A stretch of DNA of 64,000 bases, taken from assembly GCF_051903065.1 (NCBI RefSeq), contig NZ_CP178438.1; one strand, written 5' to 3'. The translations under genes were made by a program, and so were the position numbers. This document shows positions 54,535 to 64,000 of the stretch, one piece after another; the first letter of the stretch is position 1, and every line of letters begins with the position of its first letter. The notes beneath the pieces were generated by a model, which saw only the letters and a program-made list of their open reading frames with translations, was not told the DNA's origin and made no database searches. This stretch comes from Escherichia coli (lineage in GTDB: Bacteria > Pseudomonadota > Gammaproteobacteria > Enterobacterales > Enterobacteriaceae).

Positions 54535-55655
54535 TGCGTTTTGTTGATGAATATCGCGCGCCGGAACAGGTGATGCAGTTAATTGAGCATCTGCGCGAAC
54601 GTGCTTCACATCTCTCTTACACCGCCGAACGCCCTCTGCGGATTATGGAAGTGTGCGGTGGTCATACCCACGCCATTTTTAAATTCGGCCTCGACCAGTT
54701 ACTGCCTGAAAACGTTGAGTTTATCCACGGTCCGGGTTGCCCGGTGTGCGTACTGCCGATGGGCAGAATCGACACCTGCGTGGAGATTGCCAGCCATCCG
54801 GAAGTCATCTTCTGTACCTTTGGCGACGCCATGCGCGTGCCGGGGAAACAGGGATCGCTGTTGCAGGCAAAAGCACGCGGTGCCGATGTGCGCATCGTCT
54901 ATTCGCCGATGGATGCGTTGAAACTGGCGCAGGAGAATCCAACCCGCAAAGTGGTGTTCTTCGGCTTAGGTTTTGAAACCACCATGCCGACCACCGCCAT
55001 CACTCTGCAACAGGCGAAAGCGCGTGATGTGCAGAATTTTTACTTCTTCTGCCAGCACATTACGCTTATCCCGACGCTTCGCAGTTTGCTGGAACAGCCG
55101 GATAACGGTATCGACGCGTTCCTCGCGCCGGGCCACGTTAGTATGGTTATCGGCACTGATGCCTATAATTTTATCGCCAGCGATTTTCAGCGTCCGCTGG
55201 TGGTCGCTGGTTTCGAACCCCTTGATCTACTGCAAGGCGTGGTGATGCTGGTGGAGCAGAAAATAGCGGCCCACAGCAAGGTAGAGAATCAGTATCGTCG
55301 GGTGGTACCGGATGCCGGTAACCTGTTGGCGCAACAGGCGATTGCCGATGTGTTCTGTGTCAACGGCGACAGCGAATGGCGCGGCTTAGGCGTGATTGAA
55401 TCTTCTGGCGTGCACCTGACGCCGGATTATCAACGATTCGATGCCGAAGCACATTTCCGCCCGGCACCGCAGCAGGTCTGCGATGACCCGCGCGCGCGTT
55501 GTGGCGAAGTCTTGACGGGCAAATGTAAGCCGCATCAATGCCCGCTGTTTGGTAACACCTGTAATCCTCAAACCGCGTTTGGTGCGCTGATGGTTTCCTC
55601 CGAAGGAGCGTGCGCCGCGTGGTATCAGTATCGTCAGCAGGAGAGTGAAGCGTGA
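54534..55655 (+). CDS. hypD: Hydrogenase maturation protein
   Basis: 373 aa; CGxH and CPVC motifs. Confidence 0.95.
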   Translation: MRFVDEYRAPEQVMQLIEHLRERASHLSYTAERPLRIMEVCGGHTHAIFKFGLDQLLPENVEFIHGPGCPVCVLPMGRIDTCVEIASHPEVIFCTFGDAMRVPGKQGSLLQAKARGADVRIVYSPMDALKLAQENPTRKVVFFGLGFETTMPTTAITLQQAKARDVQNFYFFCQHITLIPTLRSLLEQPDNGIDAFLAPGHVSMVIGTDAYNFIASDFQRPLVVAGFEPLDLLQGVVMLVEQKIAAHSKVENQYRRVVPDAGNLLAQQAIADVFCVNGDSEWRGLGVIESSGVHLTPDYQRFDAEAHFRPAPQQVCDDPRARCGEVLTGKCKPHQCPLFGNTCNPQTAFGALMVSSEGACAAWYQYRQQESEA

Positions 55656-56662
55656 ATAATATCCAACTCGCCCACGGTAGCGGCGGCCAGGCGATGCAGC
55701 AATTAATCAACAGCCTGTTTATGGAAGCCTTTGCCAACCCGTGGCTGGCAGAGCAGGAAGATCAGGCACGTCTTGATCTGGCGCAGCTGGTAGCGGAAGG
55801 CGACCGTCTGGCGTTCTCCACCGACAGTTACGTTATTGACCCGCTGTTCTTCCCTGGCGGTAATATCGGCAAGCTGGCGATTTGCGGCACCGCCAATGAC
55901 GTTGCGGTCAGTGGCGCTATTCCGCGCTATCTCTCCTGTGGCTTTATCCTCGAAGAAGGATTGCCGATGGAGACACTGAAAGCCGTAGTGACCAGCATGG
56001 CAGAAACCGCCCGCACGGCAGGCATTGCCATCGTTACTGGCGATACTAAAGTGGTGCAGCGCGGCGCGGCAGATAAACTGTTTATCAACACCGCGGGCAT
56101 GGGCGCAATTCCGGCGAATATTCACTGGGGCGCACAGACGCTAACCGCAGGCGATGTATTGCTGGTTAGCGGTACACTCGGCGACCACGGGGCGACTATC
56201 CTTAACCTGCGTGAGCAGCTGGGGCTGGATGGCGAACTGGTCAGCGACTGCGCGGTGCTGACGCCGCTTATTCAGACGCTGCGTGACATTCCCGGCGTGA
56301 AAGCGCTGCGTGATGCCACCCGTGGTGGTGTAAACGCGGTGGTTCATGAGTTCGCGGCAGCCTGCGGTTGCGGTATTGAAATTTCTGAATCAGCGCTGCC
56401 GGTTAAACCTGCCGTGCGCGGCGTTTGCGAATTGCTGGGACTGGACGCCCTGAACTTTGCCAACGAAGGCAAACTGGTGATCGCCGTTGAACGCAACGCG
56501 GCAGAGCAAGTGCTGGCAGCGTTACATTCCCATCCACTGGGGAAAGACGCGGCGCTGATTGGTGAAGTGGTGGAACGTAAAGGTGTTCGTCTTGCCGGTC
56601 TGTATGGCGTGAAACGAACCCTCGATTTACCACACGCCGAACCGCTTCCGCGTATATGCTAA
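55652..56662 (+). CDS. hypE: Hydrogenase maturation carbamoyl dehydratase
   Basis: 336 aa; PurM-like fold; C-terminal PRIC. Confidence 0.95.
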   Translation: MNNIQLAHGSGGQAMQQLINSLFMEAFANPWLAEQEDQARLDLAQLVAEGDRLAFSTDSYVIDPLFFPGGNIGKLAICGTANDVAVSGAIPRYLSCGFILEEGLPMETLKAVVTSMAETARTAGIAIVTGDTKVVQRGAADKLFINTAGMGAIPANIHWGAQTLTAGDVLLVSGTLGDHGATILNLREQLGLDGELVSDCAVLTPLIQTLRDIPGVKALRDATRGGVNAVVHEFAAACGCGIEISESALPVKPAVRGVCELLGLDALNFANEGKLVIAVERNAAEQVLAALHSHPLGKDAALIGEVVERKGVRLAGLYGVKRTLDLPHAEPLPRIC

Positions 56663-56735
56663 TAAAATTCTAAATCTCCTATAGTTAGTCAATGACCTTT
56701 TGCACCGCTTTGCGGTGCTTTCCTGGAAGAACAAA

Positions 56736-58814
56736 ATGTCATATACACCGATGAGTGATCTCGGACAGCAAGGGTTGTTCGACATCACTCGGACACTATT
56801 GCAGCAGCCCGATCTGGCCTCGCTGTGTGAGGCTCTTTCGCAACTGGTAAAGCGTTCTGCGCTCGCCGACAACGCGGCTATTGTGTTGTGGCAAGCGCAG
56901 ACTCAACGTGCGTCTTATTACGCATCGCGTGAAAAAGACACCCCCATTAAATATGAAGACGAAACTGTTCTGGCACACGGTCCGGTACGCAGCATTTTGT
57001 CGCGCCCTGATACGCTGCATTGCAGTTACGAAGAATTTTGTGAAACCTGGCCGCAGCTGGCCGCAGGTGGGCTATACCCAAAATTTGGTCACTATTGCCT
57101 GATGCCACTGGCGGCGGAAGGGCATATTTTTGGTGGCTGTGAATTTATTCGTTATGACGATCGCCCCTGGAGCGAAAAAGAGTTCAATCGTCTGCAAACA
57201 TTTACGCAGATCGTTTCTGTCGTCACCGAACAAATCCAGAGTCGCGTCGTTAACAATGTCGACTATGAGTTGTTATGCCGGGAACGAGATAACTTCCGCA
57301 TCCTGGTCGCCATCACCAACGCGGTGCTTTCCCGCCTGGATATGGACGAACTGGTCAGCGAAGTCGCCAAAGAAATCCATTACTATTTCGATATTGACGA
57401 TATCAGTATCGTCTTACGCAGCCACCGTAAAAACAAACTCAACATCTACTCCACTCACTATCTTGATAAACAGCATCCCGCCCACGAACAGAGCGAAGTC
57501 GATGAAGCCGGAACCCTCACCGAACGCGTGTTCAAAAGTAAAGAGATGCTGCTGATTAATCTCCACGAGCGGGATGATTTAGCCCCCTATGAACGCATGT
57601 TGTTCGACACCTGGGGCAACCAGATTCAAACCTTGTGCCTGTTACCGCTGATGTCTGGCGACACCATGCTGGGCGTGCTGAAACTGGCGCAATGTGAAGA
57701 GAAAGTGTTTACCACTACCAATCTGAATTTACTGCGCCAGATTGCCGAACGTGTGGCAATCGCTGTCGATAACGCCCTCGCCTATCAGGAAATCCATCGT
57801 CTGAAAGAACGGCTGGTTGATGAAAACCTCGCCCTGACCGAGCAGCTCAACAATGTTGATAGTGAATTTGGCGAGATTATTGGCCGCAGCGAAGCCATGT
57901 ACAGCGTGCTTAAACAAGTTGAAATGGTGGCGCAAAGTGACAGTACCGTGCTGATCCTCGGTGAAACTGGCACGGGTAAAGAGCTGATTGCCCGTGCTAT
58001 CCATAATCTCAGTGGGCGTAATAATCGCCGCATGGTCAAAATGAACTGCGCGGCGATGCCTGCCGGATTGCTGGAGAGCGATCTGTTTGGTCATGAGCGT
58101 GGGGCTTTTACTGGTGCCAGCGCCCAGCGCATTGGTCGTTTTGAACTGGCGGATAAAAGCTCCCTGTTCCTCGACGAAGTGGGCGATATGCCACTGGAGT
58201 TACAGCCGAAGTTGCTGCGTGTATTGCAGGAACAGGAGTTTGAACGCCTCGGCAGCAACAAAATCATTCAGACGGACGTGCGTCTAATCGCCGCGACTAA
58301 CCGCGATCTGAAAAAAATGGTCGCCGACCGTGAGTTCCGTAGCGATCTCTATTACCGCCTGAACGTATTCCCGATTCACCTTCCGCCACTACGCGAGCGT
58401 CCGGAAGATATTCCGCTGCTGGCGAAAGCCTTTACCTTCAAAATTGCCCGTCGTCTGGGGCGCAATATCGACAGCATTCCTGCCGAGACGTTGCGCACCT
58501 TGAGTAATATGGAGTGGCCGGGTAACGTACGCGAACTGGAAAACGTCATTGAGCGCGCGGTATTGCTAACACGCGGCAACGTGCTGCAGCTGTCATTGCC
58601 AGATATTGCTTTACCGGAGCCTGAAACGCCGCCTGCCGCAACGGTTGTCGCCCAGGAGGGCGAAGATGAATATCAGTTGATTGTTCGCGTGCTGAAAGAA
58701 ACTAACGGCGTGGTTGCCGGGCCTAAAGGCGCTGCGCAACGTCTGGGGCTGAAACGCACGACCCTGCTGTCACGGATGAAGCGACTGGGAATTGATAAAT
58801 CGGCATTGATTTAA
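56736..58814 (+). CDS. fhlA: Formate hydrogenlyase transcriptional activator (sigma54 EBP)
   Basis: ORF 56700..58814; start MSYTPMSDLGQQ (692 aa); GAF domains, AAA+ GETGTGKE and GAFTGA, C-terminal HTH. Confidence 0.95.
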   Translation: MSYTPMSDLGQQGLFDITRTLLQQPDLASLCEALSQLVKRSALADNAAIVLWQAQTQRASYYASREKDTPIKYEDETVLAHGPVRSILSRPDTLHCSYEEFCETWPQLAAGGLYPKFGHYCLMPLAAEGHIFGGCEFIRYDDRPWSEKEFNRLQTFTQIVSVVTEQIQSRVVNNVDYELLCRERDNFRILVAITNAVLSRLDMDELVSEVAKEIHYYFDIDDISIVLRSHRKNKLNIYSTHYLDKQHPAHEQSEVDEAGTLTERVFKSKEMLLINLHERDDLAPYERMLFDTWGNQIQTLCLLPLMSGDTMLGVLKLAQCEEKVFTTTNLNLLRQIAERVAIAVDNALAYQEIHRLKERLVDENLALTEQLNNVDSEFGEIIGRSEAMYSVLKQVEMVAQSDSTVLILGETGTGKELIARAIHNLSGRNNRRMVKMNCAAMPAGLLESDLFGHERGAFTGASAQRIGRFELADKSSLFLDEVGDMPLELQPKLLRVLQEQEFERLGSNKIIQTDVRLIAATNRDLKKMVADREFRSDLYYRLNVFPIHLPPLRERPEDIPLLAKAFTFKIARRLGRNIDSIPAETLRTLSNMEWPGNVRELENVIERAVLLTRGNVLQLSLPDIALPEPETPPAATVVAQEGEDEYQLIVRVLKETNGVVAGPKGAAQRLGLKRTTLLSRMKRLGIDKSALI

Positions 58815-58858
58815 CAGATGTGGTTATACTCGATCAACATTCAATGAAAGGAGGCAGT

Positions 58859-59287
58859 ATGGCAGTTTCAGCAAGAAATCAATTAACCGGAACAGTTAGC
58901 GCAGTAGCAATGGGCGCGGTGAATGACGAAGTAGAACTGACGCTGGCAGGTGGTGCAAAGCTGGTGGCAATTGTGACTCACAGCAGCCAGCAGGCTCTGG
59001 GTCTGGCGAAAGGGAAAGAAGCGATTGCCCTGATTAAAGCCCCGTGGGTAACGCTGGCAACGGAAGACTGTGGACTGAAATTCTCTGCTCGCAACCAGTT
59101 TGCTGGCAGCGTGTCGACAATCACCGAAGGCGCAGTGAACGCCACTGTCCATATCAAAACGGATGCGGGTTTTGAAATTGTGGCAGTGGTAACAAATGAA
59201 AGTCAGGATGAAATGAAACTCACCACTGGCTCACGCGTTATTGCATTGATCAAAGCATCAGCCATCCTGATTGCCACCAAAGCGTAA
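58859..59287 (+). CDS. Stand-alone di-Mop (tandem TOBE) molybdate/tungstate-binding protein, ModG-like
   Basis: ORF 58820..59287; AAAGGAGG RBS before ATG at 58859 (142 aa); two internally repeated Mop units each beginning SARNQ(L/F)xGxV. Confidence 0.75.
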   Translation: MAVSARNQLTGTVSAVAMGAVNDEVELTLAGGAKLVAIVTHSSQQALGLAKGKEAIALIKAPWVTLATEDCGLKFSARNQFAGSVSTITEGAVNATVHIKTDAGFEIVAVVTNESQDEMKLTTGSRVIALIKASAILIATKA

Positions 59288-59296
59288 ACGCCTTAT

Positions 59297-59322
59297 TTGC
59301 CGGAGAGTATGGCTCTCCGGCA
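59297..59322. terminator. Inverted repeat / bidirectional terminator between mop and ygbA
   Basis: gccggagag-tatg-gctctccggc followed by T-rich tract. Confidence 0.6.
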
Positions 59323-59325
59323 GAT

Positions 59326-59670
59326 TTATTTCTTTGGACGATATTTTTCTGGCAACTCCGGCACCGGACGCTTGTCATCGATGAGATGACGCACGGTTAA
59401 GATCGGATGACGCCACAGCATTCTCGGCCCGGCCCAACGCATAATCTGTTTCATCTCTTCACGCTTTGCAGGCTGGTAACAGTGCACCGGACACTGCTTA
59501 CAGGCTGGTTTCTCTTCGCCGAACACACATTTATCCAGCCGCTTTTGCGCGTAAGCAAACAACGCCTCGTAATGCTCCGGCTCCGCTGACGCCTGCGGGC
59601 ATTTCGCTTGATAAAGATCGATCATTTTTTTAATCGTCAGTTTTTCACGAGAGATACGCTTGCCGGACAT
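59326..59670 (-). CDS. ygbA: Cysteine-rich small protein, positionally ygbA
   Basis: 114 aa ORF with C-x-x-C-x-x-x-C cluster, divergent from mutS; symbol assigned by position only. Confidence 0.6.
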   Translation of the reverse strand: MSGKRISREKLTIKKMIDLYQAKCPQASAEPEHYEALFAYAQKRLDKCVFGEEKPACKQCPVHCYQPAKREEMKQIMRWAGPRMLWRHPILTVRHLIDDKRPVPELPEKYRPKK

Positions 59671-59956
59671 GCTGCCTCCATCTCATTAAGATGCATTTAT
59701 ATTACAACTTAATCTTAAAGGGCACTATGACTCTAAAGAAGAAGGGTTCGCCAACCGATACAATTTTGCGTACTTGCTTCATAAGCATCACGCAAAAGCT
59801 GCAAAACAGCATCTTTCCCGGAACCAGCATCAAGAACTCGCCGTTCGCTTCTTCCCCTGAAATGATTAACTCCGGTATCATGTGCGCCTTATGTGATTAC
59901 AACGAAAATAAAAACCATCACACCCCATTTAATATCAGGGAACCGGACATAACCCC

Positions 59957-62518
59957 ATGAGTGCAATAGAAAATTTCGACGCCCATACGCCCATGATGCA
60001 GCAGTATCTCAAGCTGAAAGCCCAGCATCCCGAGATCCTGCTGTTTTACCGGATGGGTGATTTTTATGAACTGTTTTATGACGACGCAAAACGCGCGTCG
60101 CAACTGCTGGATATTTCACTGACCAAACGAGGTGCTTCAGCGGGAGAGCCGATCCCGATGGCGGGGATCCCCTACCATGCGGTGGAAAACTACCTCGCCA
60201 AACTGGTGAATCAGGGCGAGTCCGTTGCCATCTGCGAACAAATTGGCGATCCGGCGACCAGCAAAGGTCCGGTTGAGCGCAAAGTTGTGCGTATCGTTAC
60301 GCCAGGCACCATCAGCGATGAAGCCCTGTTGCAGGAGCGTCAGGACAACCTGCTGGCGGCTATCTGGCAGGACAGCAAAGGTTTCGGCTACGCGACGCTG
60401 GATATCAGTTCCGGGCGTTTTCGCCTGAGCGAACCGGCTGACCGGGAAACGATGGCGGCAGAACTGCAACGCACTAATCCTGCGGAACTGCTGTATGCAG
60501 AAGATTTTGCTGAAATGTCGTTAATTGAAGGCCGTCGCGGCCTGCGCCGTCGCCCGCTGTGGGAGTTTGAAATCGACACCGCGCGCCAGCAGTTGAATCT
60601 GCAATTTGGCACTCGCGATCTGGTCGGTTTTGGCGTCGAGAACGCGCCGCGCGGACTTTGTGCTGCCGGTTGTCTGTTGCAGTATGCGAAAGATACCCAA
60701 CGTACGACTCTGCCGCATATTCGTTCCATCACCATGGAACGTGAGCAGGACAGCATCATTATGGATGCCGCGACGCGTCGTAATCTGGAAATCACCCAGA
60801 ACCTGGCGGGTGGTGCGGAAAATACGCTGGCTTCTGTGCTCGACTGCACCGTCACGCCGATGGGCAGCCGTATGCTGAAACGCTGGCTGCATATGCCAGT
60901 GCGCGATACCCGCGTGTTGCTTGAGCGCCAGCAAACTATTGGCGCATTGCAGGATTTCACCGCCGGGCTACAGCCGGTACTGCGTCAGGTCGGCGACCTG
61001 GAACGTATTCTGGCACGTCTGGCTTTACGAACTGCTCGCCCACGCGATCTGGCCCGTATGCGCCACGCTTTCCAGCAACTGCCGGAGCTGCGTGCGCAGT
61101 TAGAAACTGTCGATAGTGCACCGGTACAGGCGCTACGTGAGAAGATGGGCGAGTTTGCCGAGCTGCGCGATCTGCTGGAGCGAGCAATCATCGACACACC
61201 GCCGGTGCTGGTACGCGACGGTGGTGTTATCGCATCGGGCTATAACGAAGAGCTGGATGAGTGGCGCGCGCTGGCTGACGGCGCGACCGATTATCTGGAG
61301 CGTCTGGAAGTCCGCGAGCGTGAACGTACCGGCCTGGACACGCTGAAAGTTGGCTTTAATGCGGTGCACGGCTACTACATTCAAATCAGCCGTGGGCAAA
61401 GCCATCTGGCACCCATCAACTACATGCGTCGCCAGACGCTGAAAAACGCCGAGCGCTACATCATTCCAGAGCTAAAAGAGTACGAAGATAAAGTTCTCAC
61501 CTCAAAAGGCAAAGCACTGGCACTGGAAAAACAGCTTTATGAAGAGTTGTTCGACCTGCTGTTGCCGCATCTGGAAGCGTTGCAACAGAGCGCGAGCGCG
61601 CTGGCGGAACTCGACGTGCTGGTGAACCTGGCGGAACGGGCCTATACCCTGAACTACACCTGCCCGACCTTTATTGATAAACCGGGCATTCGCATTACCG
61701 AAGGCCGCCATCCGGTGGTTGAACAGGTGCTGAACGAGCCATTTATCGCCAACCCGCTGAACCTGTCGCCACAGCGTCGCATGTTGATCATTACCGGTCC
61801 GAATATGGGCGGTAAAAGTACCTATATGCGCCAGACCGCACTGATTGCGCTGATGGCCTACATCGGCAGCTATGTACCGGCACAAAAAGTTGAGATTGGA
61901 CCTATCGATCGCATCTTTACCCGCGTAGGGGCAGCGGATGATCTGGCATCCGGGCGTTCAACCTTTATGGTGGAAATGACCGAAACCGCCAATATTTTAC
62001 ATAACGCCACCGAGTACAGTCTGGTACTGATGGATGAGATTGGGCGCGGAACTTCCACTTACGATGGTCTGTCGCTGGCGTGGGCGTGCGCGGAAAATCT
62101 GGCGAATAAGATTAAAGCATTGACGTTGTTTGCTACCCACTATTTCGAGCTGACCCAGTTACCGGAGAAAATGGAAGGCGTCGCCAACGTGCATCTCGAT
62201 GCACTGGAGCACGGCGACACCATTGCCTTTATGCATAGCGTGCAGAATGGCGCGGCGAGCAAAAGCTACGGCCTCGCGGTTGCAGCTCTGGCCGGCGTGC
62301 CAAAAGAGGTTATTAAGCGCGCACGGCAAAAACTGCGTGAGCTGGAAAGCATTTCGCCGAACGCCGCCGCTACGCAAGTGGATGGTACACAAATGTCTTT
62401 GCTGTCCGTACCGGAAGAAACCTCGCCTGCGGTCGAGGCACTGGAAAACCTCGATCCAGATTCACTCACCCCGCGTCAGGCGCTGGAATGGATTTATCGC
62501 CTGAAGAGTCTGGTGTAA
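59957..62518 (+). CDS. mutS: DNA mismatch repair protein MutS
   Basis: 853 aa; Walker [10 protein letters not shown], mismatch-binding N-terminal domain. Confidence 0.98.
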   Translation: MSAIENFDAHTPMMQQYLKLKAQHPEILLFYRMGDFYELFYDDAKRASQLLDISLTKRGASAGEPIPMAGIPYHAVENYLAKLVNQGESVAICEQIGDPATSKGPVERKVVRIVTPGTISDEALLQERQDNLLAAIWQDSKGFGYATLDISSGRFRLSEPADRETMAAELQRTNPAELLYAEDFAEMSLIEGRRGLRRRPLWEFEIDTARQQLNLQFGTRDLVGFGVENAPRGLCAAGCLLQYAKDTQRTTLPHIRSITMEREQDSIIMDAATRRNLEITQNLAGGAENTLASVLDCTVTPMGSRMLKRWLHMPVRDTRVLLERQQTIGALQDFTAGLQPVLRQVGDLERILARLALRTARPRDLARMRHAFQQLPELRAQLETVDSAPVQALREKMGEFAELRDLLERAIIDTPPVLVRDGGVIASGYNEELDEWRALADGATDYLERLEVRERERTGLDTLKVGFNAVHGYYIQISRGQSHLAPINYMRRQTLKNAERYIIPELKEYEDKVLTSKGKALALEKQLYEELFDLLLPHLEALQQSASALAELDVLVNLAERAYTLNYTCPTFIDKPGIRITEGRHPVVEQVLNEPFIANPLNLSPQRRMLIITGPNMGGKSTYMRQTALIALMAYIGSYVPAQKVEIGPIDRIFTRVGAADDLASGRSTFMVEMTETANILHNATEYSLVLMDEIGRGTSTYDGLSLAWACAENLANKIKALTLFATHYFELTQLPEKMEGVANVHLDALEHGDTIAFMHSVQNGAASKSYGLAVAALAGVPKEVIKRARQKLRELESISPNAAATQVDGTQMSLLSVPEETSPAVEALENLDPDSLTPRQALEWIYRLKSLV

Positions 62519-62523
62519 TAATA

Positions 62524-62552
62524 ATTCCCGATAGTCTTTTGCTATCGGGAAT
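62524..62552 (+). terminator. Inverted repeat after mutS (weak terminator)
   Basis: attcccgatag-tcttttg-ctatcgggaat; no strong T-run. Confidence 0.4.
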
Positions 62553-62623
62553 ATTAACGATAACTGACGAATCAAATAAAAATACCCTGTATAATAGGAA
62601 AGCTTATTTTACAGGGTAAAACC

Positions 62624-63280
62624 ATGCCATCTACACGCTATCAAAAAATCAATGCCCATCACTATCGCCATATATGGGTCGTTGGTGATATTCATGGTGA
62701 ATATCAGTTATTACAATCCCGCTTAAATCAACTCTCTTTTTTCCCCGAAACCGACTTACTTATTTCTGTCGGTGATAATATTGATCGTGGGCCGGAGAGT
62801 CTTAACGTCCTGCGCCTGCTAAACCAGCCCTGGTTTATCTCCGTTAAAGGCAACCACGAAGCAATGGCGCTGGATGCGTTCGCGACCGGCGATGGCAATA
62901 TGTGGCGTGCCAGCGGTGGTGACTGGTTTTTCGATTTAAATGATTCAGAGCAACAAGAGGCAATAGATCTGTTGCTGAAATTCCATCACCTTCCACATAT
63001 TATTGAAATCACTAACGACAACATAAAATATGTCATCGCACATGCAGATTATCCGGGGAGTGAATATCTCTTTGGTAAAGAAATAGCGGAGAGCGAATTA
63101 CTCTGGCCTGTTGATCGTGTGCAGAAATCACTTAATGGCGAGTTACAACAAATAAACGGCGCTGATTATTTTATATTTGGACATATGATGTTTGATAACA
63201 TTCAGACGTTCGCTAACCAGATTTATATTGATACCGGATCGCCGAAAAGCGGGCGGCTGTCATTTTATAAAATAAAGTAA
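62624..63280 (+). CDS. pphB: Serine/threonine protein phosphatase 2 (PPP family)
   Basis: 218 aa; metallophosphatase motifs GDIHG, GDNIDRG, GNHE; AT-rich codon usage. Confidence 0.9.
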   Translation: MPSTRYQKINAHHYRHIWVVGDIHGEYQLLQSRLNQLSFFPETDLLISVGDNIDRGPESLNVLRLLNQPWFISVKGNHEAMALDAFATGDGNMWRASGGDWFFDLNDSEQQEAIDLLLKFHHLPHIIEITNDNIKYVIAHADYPGSEYLFGKEIAESELLWPVDRVQKSLNGELQQINGADYFIFGHMMFDNIQTFANQIYIDTGSPKSGRLSFYKIK

Positions 63281-63284
63281 TGAG

Positions 63285-63320
63285 GCCGGGTAAAGCAAAG
63301 CCACTACCCGGCACTTTTTA
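63285..63320 (+). terminator. Terminator hairpin after pphB
   Basis: gccgggta...tacccggc stem followed by acttttta. Confidence 0.6.
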
Positions 63321-63557
63321 TTAGCGCTTACCTTCCGCCAGCAGCGGCGGGATGCTCGGCACCATTGGCGCGTCATCAATATCTTTCTGCGTCATGCGGA
63401 ACGCTTCGGGATAATGTTCGCGGCTGGTACGGCGCAGCGGTTCGGTATCGCGCCAGGTATAAAGGCAATGCTGGCACTGATATACCGTCCAGACATCTTT
63501 CACCGGCGATTTCGCCATCACTTCAATCTGTTCATCGGCACAACGTGGACAAATCAT
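63321..63557 (-). CDS. Hydroxyarylic acid decarboxylase small subunit D (zinc-ribbon)
   Basis: 78 aa; CPRC...CQHC zinc ribbon; resembles the small D subunit of non-oxidative phenolic acid decarboxylases (EcdD/BsdD/VdcD type). Confidence 0.7.
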   Translation of the reverse strand: MICPRCADEQIEVMAKSPVKDVWTVYQCQHCLYTWRDTEPLRRTSREHYPEAFRMTQKDIDDAPMVPSIPPLLAEGKR

Positions 63558-63567
63558 CTTGTTCTCC

Positions 63568-64000
63568 TTATTTACGTGCAGCCAGCATAGCGGTCAGTTT
63601 TTCAGCCCAGGCTTTGGTTTCCGGCAAATCCACCACCGGCTGGCTGTAGTGACCACGGTTGTCCGGGGCGACAGGCGTGGTGGCGTCGATAATCAGCTTG
63701 TCGGTGATCCCCGCCGGGCTTGAGCCAGGGTCGAGTTCCAGCACGGACATATTCGGCAACTGCACCAAATCCCCTGCCGGATTTACTTTCGAGGAGAGCG
63801 CCCACATCACCTGCGGCAGGTTGAACGGGTCAACGTCTTCATCGACCATAATCACCATCTTTACGTAGCCCAGACCGTGCGGCGTGGTCATCGCACGCAG
63901 GCCCACCGCGCGGGCAAAGCCGCCGTAGCGTTTTTTGGTGGAGATAATCGCCAGCAGGCCGTGGGTGTACATGGCGTTTACCGCCTGCACTTCCGGGAAC
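63568..64000 (-). CDS. UbiD-family decarboxylase subunit C, C-terminal portion (partial; N-terminus beyond window end)
   Basis: Minus-strand ORF running off the window edge; the listed Met is internal; UbiD-like C-terminal domain immediately upstream of the D subunit. Confidence 0.65.
   Translation of the reverse strand, partial: FPEVQAVNAMYTHGLLAIISTKKRYGGFARAVGLRAMTTPHGLGYVKMVIMVDEDVDPFNLPQVMWALSSKVNPAGDLVQLPNMSVLELDPGSSPAGITDKLIIDATTPVAPDNRGHYSQPVVDLPETKAWAEKLTAMLAARK

Noticed and set aside
62624-63280. pphB as a possible recent horizontal acquisition, given its low GC and AT-rich codon usage
   Set aside because: To my knowledge pphB occupies this position in K-12 as well; compositional bias alone is not evidence of a novel insertion.

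Overview
This window reads as an Escherichia coli chromosomal segment, recognised from the ORF translations and gene order: ygaM, nrdHIEF, proVWX, ygaY-ygaZ-ygaH, mprA-emrAB, luxS/micA/gshA, yqaA-yqaB, the serV-argVYZQ tRNA array, csrA, alaS, recX-recA, pncC, mltB, the srl/gut operon, norR-norVW, hypF-hydN, ascG-ascFB, hycABCDEFGHI, hypABCDE-fhlA, mutS and pphB. Most of it is conserved core genome. The main accessory feature is a two-gene insertion between emrB and luxS encoding a minimal ATP-dependent RNA ligase translationally coupled to an HD-phosphoesterase/P-loop kinase fusion (HD-Pnk-like), i.e. a predicted RNA end-healing and sealing (RNA repair) cassette; I recall emrB and luxS as adjacent in K-12 and this family as characterised only outside E. 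coli. Other probable differences from K-12, all judged from memory of the K-12 map, are a stand-alone di-Mop molybdate-binding gene after fhlA, an intact ygaY, about 170 bp of extra sequence between recA and recX, and hydroxyarylic-acid decarboxylase genes after pphB at the mutS-rpoS variable region. No CRISPR array, IS element or integrase was seen. Coordinates I counted by hand (RNAs, repeats, promoters, terminators) may be off by a few nucleotides; CDS coordinates are anchored to the ORF track, with starts trimmed where the known protein begins at an internal Met.
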